Shown: one piece after another, positions 57,416 through 64,000 of the stretch | Numbering within the stretch: position 1 is the first letter of the stretch | Layout of the letters: every line of letters starts with the position of its first letter | Assembly (NCBI GenBank): GCA_965116145.1 | Contig: OZ220482.1 | Coordinates: 1,089,450-1,153,449 of the forward strand | Direction of reading: 5' to 3' | Length of the DNA: 64,000 nt | Origin: Thermoanaerobaculia bacterium | GTDB taxonomy: Bacteria; Acidobacteriota; Thermoanaerobaculia; Multivoradales; Multivoraceae | Notes under the pieces: generated by a model | Seen by the model: the letters and a program-made list of their open reading frames with translations, nothing else | Database searches by the model: none | Told to the model about the DNA's origin: nothing | Made by a program: the position numbers and the translations under genes

Positions 57416-57492
57416 TGGCGTCCCCAACGGGATTCGAACCCGTGTTGCCAGCTTGAAAGGCTGGAGTCCTGACCTGGCTAGACGATGGGGAC
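57416..57492 (-). tRNA. tRNA-Glu (anticodon TTC)
   Basis: The minus strand reads GTCCCCATCGTCTAGCCAGGTCAGGACTCCAGCCTTTCAAGCTGGCAACACGGGTTCGAATCCCGTTGGGGACGCCA. The cloverleaf is nearly identical to E. coli tRNA-Glu. The anticodon loop is CTTTCAA, and an encoded CCA is present. Confidence 0.9.
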
Positions 57493-57609
57493 GCGGATCG
57501 GGGCGCGCACGCCGCGGCCGACCGCTGTCGAACCGCAGAGTATACCCCCGTCACGGCCTCCGGATCCCGCCTGACAACGAGCCGCCATGCGAGCCGCTAT
57601 CCTCCGCGC

Positions 57610-59082
57610 GTGACCGGCGCGCAGAGACGCACCGTCGGCGGATCGCAGGCAGATCGGCCGGTGCTGATGTGGTTTCGTCGCGACCTCCGGCTGACGGACA
57701 ACCCGGCGCTCGCCTGGGCAGCCCGGACGCAGCGCCCGGTGGTCCCCGTCTTCCTGCTCGACGACGATCAGCCGGGCCGACGGCCGCCGGGCGGAGCCTC
57801 CCGCTGGTGGCTGCACGGCAGTCTCGAAGCGCTGCAGACCTCGCTGGACGGGCTGAGCAGCCGTCTGACGCTGCGCCGCGGCGCCGCCGACACGGTCCTC
57901 GGGCAATTGGTGCACGAGACCGGCGCGGCGGACATCGTCTGGAGTCGGCTCTACGACCCGGACACGATCCAGCGCGACAAGAGCATCAAGGCCCGCTTCG
58001 CCGGCAGCGGAGTGACCGCAAGGTCCTTCAACGCCGGGCTGCTCTTCGAACCCTGGACCGTCCGCAGCGGCAAGGGCGAGCCGTACCGGGTCTTCACGCC
58101 GTTCTGGCGACGCTGCCTGCAGGAAGAACTCGACGCTCCGACCGACAGTCCCCCGGCTGCACTCTCCGCCCCGTCGGCCTGGCCCAGGAGCGACGACCTG
58201 GACGACTGGCGGCTGCGCCCCGGCACACCGGACTGGGCAGCAGGCCTGCGCGCGGCGTGGCGGCCCGGAGAAGCCGGCGCCGGCGACGTGCTCGACACGT
58301 TTCTCGCCACGGGTGTCGACCGCTACAGCAAGGACCGCGACCTGCCCGGCACGACCGGCACCAGCCGCCTGTCTCCCCACCTGCACTTCGGCGAGATCGG
58401 ACCCCGCCAGATCGCGGCGGCCCTCAAGCCGATGGCTGGCCCAGCCGGGCGGGACGCCTTCCTCCGCCAGCTTGGCTGGAGAGAATTCAGCCACCACCTG
58501 CTCTACCACAACCCCGACATGGCCGACACCAACCTGCGAAGCGGCTTCGACGCGATGCCCTGGCGCAGCGACCCCGATGCCCTGCGCCGCTGGCAGCGCG
58601 GCCAGACCGGCTATCCCCTGGTCGACGCCGGAATGAGAGAGCTGTGGACCACCGGCTGGATGCACAACCGCGTGCGCATGGTCACCGCGTCGTTCCTGAC
58701 CAAGCACCTGCTGCTCGACTGGCGCCTCGGCGAGAACTGGTTCCACGACACCCTGGTGGACGCCGACTGGGCCAACAACAGCACCGGCTGGCAATGGGTC
58801 GCCGGCTGCGGCGCCGATGCCGCCCCCTACGTCCGTGTCTTCAACCCCGTCGCCCAGTCGCGCCGGTTCGACCCGGAAGCGCGCTACCTGCGGAAGTGGC
58901 TTCCCGAGCTCGCACACCTGCCGGACGACCTGATCCACGCCCCGTGGCAAGCGTCCGAAGCAGAGCTCGGCAAAGCCGACATCCGCTTGGGCGCCGACTA
59001 CCCGCACCCGATCGTCGACCACGCCGCCGCCCGAGCCAGAGCCCTCGACGCCTGGCGCCGCCACGTGCAGCAGTCCATGTGA
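57610..59082 (+). CDS. phr: deoxyribodipyrimidine photolyase (cryptochrome/photolyase family)
   Basis: 490 aa; GTG at 57610 or ATG at 57667 (MWFRRDLRLTDNPAL). The FAD-binding C-terminal domain has WREF, TGYPLVDAGMREL, TGWMHNRVRM and NSTGWQWVAG motifs. Confidence 0.9.
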   Translation: MTGAQRRTVGGSQADRPVLMWFRRDLRLTDNPALAWAARTQRPVVPVFLLDDDQPGRRPPGGASRWWLHGSLEALQTSLDGLSSRLTLRRGAADTVLGQLVHETGAADIVWSRLYDPDTIQRDKSIKARFAGSGVTARSFNAGLLFEPWTVRSGKGEPYRVFTPFWRRCLQEELDAPTDSPPAALSAPSAWPRSDDLDDWRLRPGTPDWAAGLRAAWRPGEAGAGDVLDTFLATGVDRYSKDRDLPGTTGTSRLSPHLHFGEIGPRQIAAALKPMAGPAGRDAFLRQLGWREFSHHLLYHNPDMADTNLRSGFDAMPWRSDPDALRRWQRGQTGYPLVDAGMRELWTTGWMHNRVRMVTASFLTKHLLLDWRLGENWFHDTLVDADWANNSTGWQWVAGCGADAAPYVRVFNPVAQSRRFDPEARYLRKWLPELAHLPDDLIHAPWQASEAELGKADIRLGADYPHPIVDHAAARARALDAWRRHVQQSM

Positions 59083-59097
59083 GAGTGCAAGTCGCGC

Positions 59098-59231
59098 CGA
59101 GGACGTGCAGACGCCCGCCCCTCCGGCAAGACGCGATGACGGAACACGTCGGCGATGCCCGATCGAAGAGCAGCGCCGCCGGACGGGCTGCCGGCCGCTC
59201 GAACGCAGCGCAACTCTGTCCGCGGACTACC
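59098..59231 (+). repeat. MITE-like repeat, copy G (degenerate)
   Basis: GCAGACGCCCGCCCCTCCGGCAAGACGCGATGA...TCGAAGAGCAGCGCCGCCGGACGGGCTGC...CGAACGCAGCGCAACTCTGTCCGCGGACTAC aligns to the element consensus at reduced identity. Confidence 0.55.
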
Positions 59232-59391
59232 AGGTACGAGGCGAGCAGCCGACAACCGCTGGAGCCTGCCCGGGCCTGCGGCGCAGCATCAGCCTCGCCT
59301 GGAGTCAGGCGACTCCGAGGAGCCTGCCACCACACAGCCGCCGCACACGTGCCGTGCGCACGTCGAGAGCCAAGCCGATAAGATCCCTGCC

Positions 59392-59673
59392 ATGGCCGAA
59401 ATTCGGACAGCCAAGGTGTCCGCCACGGGCCAGGTCGTCATACCCGCCGCCATCCGAACGAAGCTGGGACTCAAGCCCGGCGCCCGGTTCGTCGTCCTCG
59501 GCAAGGGCAACACGATCGTGCTCAGGCCCATCGCGAAGCCCTCGATGCGCGAGTTCACCGAGACCGTCGAACAAGCACGCGAGGCGGCCCGCCGCGCGGG
59601 AGTGAAGAAATCGGACGTTGCCGCGGCAGTTGTCGACGCGCGGCTTGCGGGCGATAGCATCGGAGCCAGCTAA
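59392..59673 (+). CDS. AbrB/MazE/SpoVT-family DNA-binding protein (antitoxin-like)
   Basis: MAEIRTAKVSATGQVVIPAAIRTKLGLKPGARFVVLGKGNTIVLRPI is the swapped-hairpin barrel motif. The track ORF 59155..59673 starts inside repeat G. Confidence 0.7.
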   Translation: MAEIRTAKVSATGQVVIPAAIRTKLGLKPGARFVVLGKGNTIVLRPIAKPSMREFTETVEQAREAARRAGVKKSDVAAAVVDARLAGDSIGAS

Positions 59674-59686
59674 GAGGAGCGCTCCC

Positions 59687-59887
59687 GTGAAGAAGAACCC
59701 CGAAAAGCCCGCCAAGCCTGTAGCGCGACCGAACCGTGGGGACACCAGACCGGGCACCAAGAAAGTCCTTCGGTTGTCTCGACGGGAGCCGCTGAAGGTC
59801 AAGGATGTTCTCCCGCCACGGGAAGGCACCAAGAAGGGGACCGGCAAGGACGCGCCGCCACGACCGGGAGGCACCAAGAAGAGATAG
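59687..59887 (+). CDS. small Lys/Pro-rich basic protein with three GTKK repeats (hypothetical)
   Basis: GTG start with the SD aggag 7 nt upstream: VKKNPEKPAKPVARPNRGDTRPGTKKVLRLSRREPLKVKDVLPPREGTKKGTGKDAPPRPGGTKKR. Confidence 0.3.
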   Translation: MKKNPEKPAKPVARPNRGDTRPGTKKVLRLSRREPLKVKDVLPPREGTKKGTGKDAPPRPGGTKKR

Positions 59888-59900
59888 AGAGGTGTAGTGT

Positions 59901-60458
59901 ATGGACTCTCAATGCGATCAGGACAAATTGCTCTTCAGTGTGCGTCTTTCGATTCGATACCACGAGAGACGCCAGCGGTTCATGAGCAATATTTTGAACT
60001 TTACGCTCTGGTGGGGCCTGGTCATGGGTTCCGCTTCGATGGCCGCCGTTCTTGCAGAGCTGCCGTCGCCCTTCTGGACTGTGGTGCCGATGCTCCTGCT
60101 GACGGTTCTGTCTGCGGCCTGCCTCGCTTACGGCATTCGAGCACGGTTCGTCCTGCATGACGATCTGCGCCGGCGCTTCATCGCCCTGGAAGCGAAACTC
60201 CGGGAGTCGCGTGACGATCCAGACGAGACAGCGCGGTGGGGCGAGCTTGAGCGTCTCCGTATTGAAGCTGACGAGCCTCCGATCCTTGAAGTGCTCGCCT
60301 GTCTCTGTCACAACGCGGAGTCCAGAGCAATGGGCTTTCCCAAGGAAAAACAGGCAAGAGTCACATGGTATCAGCGGTGGTTTTCTTCGTTCCTGGATCT
60401 CAGGGCCCACACGATCCACTTGCCTCCGGACAACGGGCCGGAGACGTCGACTGCGTAA
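59901..60458 (+). CDS. hypothetical 2-TM membrane protein, possibly SLATT-like, in a low-GC segment
   Basis: 185 aa: ...RLSIRYHERRQRFMSNILNFTLWWGLVMGSASMAAVLAELPSPFWTVVPMLLLTVLSAACLAY..., then a charged helical tail. GC is about 52 %. The gene ends 12 bp before the IS3 left inverted repeat. Confidence 0.5.
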   Translation: MDSQCDQDKLLFSVRLSIRYHERRQRFMSNILNFTLWWGLVMGSASMAAVLAELPSPFWTVVPMLLLTVLSAACLAYGIRARFVLHDDLRRRFIALEAKLRESRDDPDETARWGELERLRIEADEPPILEVLACLCHNAESRAMGFPKEKQARVTWYQRWFSSFLDLRAHTIHLPPDNGPETSTA

Positions 60459-60539
60459 CGGACTATCCGTGAGGTGGTCCCGGAAAATTGGACAGGTAGC
60501 CAAGGTGTACTCCTCGACCATTGAGAGGAAGGCACGATC

Positions 60540-60830
60540 ATGAAGAAGCGGCGCCGTTTCACGGCGACATTCAAGTCGAAGGTGGCTCTGGAGGCTCTTC
60601 GTGAGGACCGTCCGCTGTCGGAGATAGCGTCTCGTCACCGTGTGCATCCGAACCAGGTTGGGAACTGGAAGCGCCAGGCGATCGCGGGTCTTGCCGCGAC
60701 GTTCGGGGAGAAGTCGTCTGGTCGCAGTCGGGACACCGAGGAGGAGATACGCGATCTTCACGCGAAGATCGGGGAGTTGACGATCGAGCGGGATTTCTTG
60801 TCGAGGGGCTCGGGCGTTGACCCGGCCGGA
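60540..60830 (+). CDS. IS3-family transposase OrfA (HTH); 3' end approximate, with a frameshift into orfB expected
   Basis: MKKRRRFTATFKSKVALEALREDRPLSEIASRHRVHPNQVGNWKRQ...LHAKIGELTIERDFL. There is no in-frame stop (the track ORF runs to 61883), and no canonical A_AAA_AAG slippery site was found. Confidence 0.7.
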
Positions 60831-61752
60831 GCGCCTTCAGATGGTGAATCGGGAAGGTTCGGAGCTGAGCTTGAGCCGGCGGTGCCGGCTGCTTCAGATC
60901 AGCCGTTCTTCGCTGTACTACCGCCCGCAGGGGGAGAGCGCGGAGACACTGTCGCTGATGCGGGAGATCGACGAGCTGCACACCGCTCATCCGTTCTACG
61001 GTTCCCGTCAGATGGTGCGCCACCTGCGCCGGCAGGGCATCCGTGTCGGTCGTCACCGTGTGCGTCGTCTGATGCGCCTGATGGGGATTGCGGCGATCTA
61101 CCAGTCGCCGCGGACCAGTGCTCCCGGCCCGGAGCACCCTGTGTACCCGTACCTGCTCAGGGAGCTGACGATCGAGCGTCCCGACCAAGTGTGGTGCGCC
61201 GACATCACCTACATCCCGGTGCGGGGCGGCTTCCTGTACCTGGTCGCGGTGATGGACTGGGCGAGCCGTCGGGTGCTGTCCTGGCGTCTGTCGAACAGTC
61301 TCGACGTCTCGTTCTGCATCGAAGCGCTCGACGAGGCGTTCGAGCGCCACGGCAGGCCTGCGATCTTCAACACGGACCGGGGCAGCCAGTTCACCAGCGC
61401 GGAGTTCACGGGCCGTCTGCAGGCGGCCGGCGTTGCGATCTCGATGGACGGTCGGGGCCGGTGCATGGACAACATCTTCATCGAGCGCCTGTGGCGTTCG
61501 CTGAAGTACGAGGCGGTCTACCTCCACGACCTCGCCGACGGGGTCGAGGCGCGGCGGGTCATCGGCGAGTGGATCGCCTACTACAATGCCGACAGGCCGC
61601 ACTCCGCGCTGGATGGCGCAACGCCCTTCAAGGCGCACCAGGCGACCATGGCAAGCAGCGAGAAAATCGACATTCCGCACATTATCCACAGGTTTTCCAC
61701 AGCTCCGGAGGCTACTGCTGCGGATTTCATTCAACCATGGAGTACACCTTAG
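60817..61752 (+). CDS. IS3-family transposase OrfB (DDE / rve integrase core)
   Basis: ...YGSRQMVRHLRRQGIRVGRHRVRRLMR...WCADITYIPVRGGFLYLVAVMDWASRRVLSW...FNTDRGSQFTS...DNIFIERLWRSLKYE: D, D and E residues in canonical spacing. Confidence 0.85.
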   Translation: MTRPERLQMVNREGSELSLSRRCRLLQISRSSLYYRPQGESAETLSLMREIDELHTAHPFYGSRQMVRHLRRQGIRVGRHRVRRLMRLMGIAAIYQSPRTSAPGPEHPVYPYLLRELTIERPDQVWCADITYIPVRGGFLYLVAVMDWASRRVLSWRLSNSLDVSFCIEALDEAFERHGRPAIFNTDRGSQFTSAEFTGRLQAAGVAISMDGRGRCMDNIFIERLWRSLKYEAVYLHDLADGVEARRVIGEWIAYYNADRPHSALDGATPFKAHQATMASSEKIDIPHIIHRFSTAPEATAADFIQPWSTP

Positions 61753-62830
61753 CCCGGACCGAAACTGTCCAACAAACCGGGTCAAGCTCAAGGATGGCCG
61801 AGTACTCGAAGTGGCCGTCTTCGGGGCTGAAGAGGTCGAGCTGGAAGTTCTTGCGGGTCTCGTGGTTGACCTTGCGGCGGTAGAGCACGAAGCGTCGGAC
61901 CCGTCCCCAGACCTCAAGTCGGGCCTCGGCGTAGCTGGTGTGGTGGTCAAGGCGCCTCCACTGGGCCCGGCCCGCGACCTGCTTGAGGTTGAGCCAGGGA
62001 TGGAACGGGGCCTTGATCGCGTACTCGACGCCTGCCCGGTCCAGCACGTCGAGAACGTCCTGGAGGAAGAAGGCCCCGTCCATGCGGAGTTCCAGTGTGC
62101 GGCGCCGCCCCACCGCGGCGCGGACCTGCGCGATCAGCTCGGCAATGAAGCCGACCGCCGCCTTGCCGTCATGGTTGTTGCCGGGCCGGTTCAGGAGCCT
62201 GACGATCTTTCCCTCCTGAGCCTCGTAGCCGGTGATCGGGTAGTAGCTGGGCACCTTGCGCCGGTTCGGGTTGTAGCCCCGGCGCGCGCCCTTGACCTTG
62301 AGTCCCGTGCTGATCACCGAACCGTCGACGTCAAGGGTCAGCCGCCGACCGCCGGAACGCTTCAAGGACCCTTCCACGAGCCCCTCGTTCAGTTTCGCGA
62401 GACGCTCGACATCCCGGCCGGAGAACCGCTGCAGCCAGCCGCTCATCGTCCGCGGCGCCGGCAGTCTCGACAGCCCCGCGAAGCGGGTGACAACGGGGTC
62501 CGACTGCTCGTGGACCAGGTGACTGATGCGACGACCTCCGACCAGGATCAGCGCCAGAAGGGTCAGCAGCATCGACACCACACCGAAGTCGGTCGAACGA
62601 AATCCCGAACCGACCGACCGCCGCAGCCTGGACACGAAGCCGCTCTTGCTCACGTACTCGCCGACGAGCTCGAGACCAGCATGCGACGTGACCTGCTGCA
62701 GGCCTGCTCTGAAGTCCACGATACCGTTGACACGACGCTTCAGTTCTGTTCTTCTTGATCGCACTGGGAGTGGCCTTTCGTCGATGGGTCCCGTGATGGG
62801 TTGAAAACACGAGAATAACCCATCCCGCAA
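61727..62830 (-). pseudogene. IS1380-family transposase, C-terminally truncated by the IS3 insertion
   Basis: GYNPNRRKVPSYYPI and the DDE region are typical of IS1380-family transposases. At 367 aa it is shorter than the usual 430 aa or more. The last 21 codons and the stop lie inside the IS3 right inverted repeat (61727-61790). Confidence 0.65.
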
Positions 62831-62967
62831 GGCTCTCCCAGCCTCTCACCGCACCCGAACCGACCTCATTTCTCGCGAATCAAGGCCAACTGTCTCCGCC
62901 GAGGTCGAGCCCAGACATGCGTCCCAACCTGCGCCAATCGAGACACGTGCGCGCGGCGACTGTCTCG

Positions 62968-63918
62968 CTACCGCGCAAGGCGCTCCTGCAGGTTCTGACA
63001 GTGTCCGTTCTGCGGATCTCTCTTCAATCCGACATGCACAATGTCGCGTGCGCGCTCGGCGCTACCGTTGTTCATATACAGCCAGGCCAGGCGCGAACAG
63101 TCTGTTGATGTCAGATCTGCCAATCCACGCTGCATCCTCTCGCACACGCTGTGTAGTAGGCTTCGCACTTCTTCCGACCATGCAGCGTCGACCTGTTCGG
63201 CTTTCATTACACGCAATCTGTTATTTAACATGTTCACGCAATTGCCCATATCCCCTTCACGTGCCGACGCAAGCAGCGCGACCTCGCAGAGGCCATGGAT
63301 CTCACCCATGGCGTCTCCCATCGCGCGACAGCGTTCAGCCACTCTGCGCCACACGTCCCGTCGCCGCGCAACAGGAGCGTCAGTCTCCAGATAAGCTCGC
63401 AGGTAGCCAACAGCTAATCGTCGCATGTCATCAGAATCACCAATCTCCCAGACAAGCTCAGAAAGACCGACAAAGGCCTCAGGTAGAGACTTCGCCATGT
63501 ACTCCAACAAAGGCCGGTATTCGTCGAAACGGGACGCGTCAGACTGTGCGCTCGATGCAACCACTTCGTACAGCCTCTGTATTCTCGGCAGAACCTTCTG
63601 GTCCGAACGTCGTCCCTTACCAGGGCCAAACTCCATAAGCAGCTTGCGATCTTCTTCAACCACTGGCCGCAATGAACTCGCGGCCAACTTGAAGCGGCCA
63701 AAAACCGATGCGGCGAGTGGTAAGCTCACCATATCTTGTCCTTGTTCCTCGGCAGATGTTCTCTCCAGCAACGAGAATCTTGCGAGCTCATCAACGGCCC
63801 GTTGTACATCGATCTTCGGACCCCTTGAACGAAGAAGTACGGCGCGGATCGCTATTTCAGGAACAATTACCCTCCAACTTGCAAGCAGTAAAAACGCTCT
63901 TTGCGTGCTTGGTTCCAT
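62968..63918 (-). CDS. hypothetical alpha-helical protein in a low-GC (about 50 %) segment
   Basis: The track ORF 62968..63942 starts with TTG; the first ATG gives MEPSTQRAFLLLASWRVIV.... No recognisable motifs. Confidence 0.45.
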   Translation of the reverse strand: MEPSTQRAFLLLASWRVIVPEIAIRAVLLRSRGPKIDVQRAVDELARFSLLERTSAEEQGQDMVSLPLAASVFGRFKLAASSLRPVVEEDRKLLMEFGPGKGRRSDQKVLPRIQRLYEVVASSAQSDASRFDEYRPLLEYMAKSLPEAFVGLSELVWEIGDSDDMRRLAVGYLRAYLETDAPVARRRDVWRRVAERCRAMGDAMGEIHGLCEVALLASAREGDMGNCVNMLNNRLRVMKAEQVDAAWSEEVRSLLHSVCERMQRGLADLTSTDCSRLAWLYMNNGSAERARDIVHVGLKRDPQNGHCQNLQERLAR

Positions 63919-64000
63919 TTGCTCGTAGGTTCTTTCGAACAACGCCTGCAGTATCGAATCGGCATCAGCGAGTATCCGTTCAGGCGTGACAGTACGTCTC

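Larger units (their letters stand above)
60470..61790 (+). mobile_element. IS3-family insertion sequence (about 1.3 kb) with imperfect terminal inverted repeats
   Basis: Left inverted repeat: TGAGGTGGTCCCGGAAAATTGGACAGGTAGCCAAGGTGTACTCC. Right inverted repeat, reverse-complemented: TGAGCTTGACCCGGTTTGTTGGACAGTTTCGGTCCGGGCTAAGGTGTACTCC. The ends are TG...CA. It contains an orfA/orfB transposase pair. Confidence 0.75.

Noticed and set aside
60780-60830. Canonical IS3 -1 frameshift heptamer (A_AAA_AAG) between orfA and orfB
   Set aside because: No canonical slippery heptamer is present in the overlap. The orfA/orfB organisation and the DDE motifs still support IS3-family assignment, but the frameshift site is left unassigned.

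Overview
This is a roughly 64 kb window of high-GC (about 68 %) DNA from a Gram-negative bacterium. It is densely coding and carries OmpH/Skp, TonB-dependent receptors and many signal-peptide proteins, so it is probably a marine or soil lineage such as Gemmatimonadota, Planctomycetota or Acidobacteriota; this cannot be decided without a search. All calls below come from reading the ORF translations and the raw sequence by eye.

Gene content from start to end:
- a partial cytochrome c gene and a Grx4-type monothiol glutaredoxin with an unusual C-terminal extension;
- a sugar-oxidation and xylose cluster: a PQQ-propeller::DUF1080 fusion, a Gfo/Idh/MocA oxidoreductase, a xylose-isomerase-like TIM-barrel protein, an orphan HigA-like HTH gene, then xylA and xylB;
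- a MoxR-VWA-DUF3014 operon, a Sir2 deacylase and Hsp20;
- an S1-domain protein, DUF1820 and OmpH/Skp;
- a long minus-strand run of two secreted amidohydrolases, nth, an M20 peptidase, pdxA and an M24 peptidase;
- two adjacent acyl-CoA dehydrogenases, a GST, a serine hydrolase, an SSS symporter, an AbgT transporter, an M28 peptidase, a PstS-like binding protein, a metzincin and an S15 peptidase.

Accessory half of the window (42-64 kb):
- a genomic-island-like stretch with a tyrosine-recombinase fragment, a lower-GC hypothetical gene and three paralogous secreted proteins of an unrecognised family, one of them fused to glyoxalase (VOC) domains, followed by a Phd/VapC toxin-antitoxin pair;
- a tandemly duplicated module, each copy made of a small Cys/His-motif protein plus a TonB-dependent receptor with long, length-variable His/Asp (HDD)n tracts. 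The module ends in a 102-bp tandem array derived from the 3' end of an adjacent tRNA-Glu gene. I rate this the most interesting region;
- a photolyase gene, then a low-GC mobile region with an AbrB-like gene, a possible SLATT-like membrane protein, an IS3-family element inserted into a truncated IS1380-family transposase gene, and a low-GC hypothetical gene.

At least seven copies of a structured 160-bp MITE-like element with terminal inverted repeats are scattered through intergenic regions. Many long ORFs in the supplied track are antisense or wrong-frame artefacts of the high GC content and were rejected.
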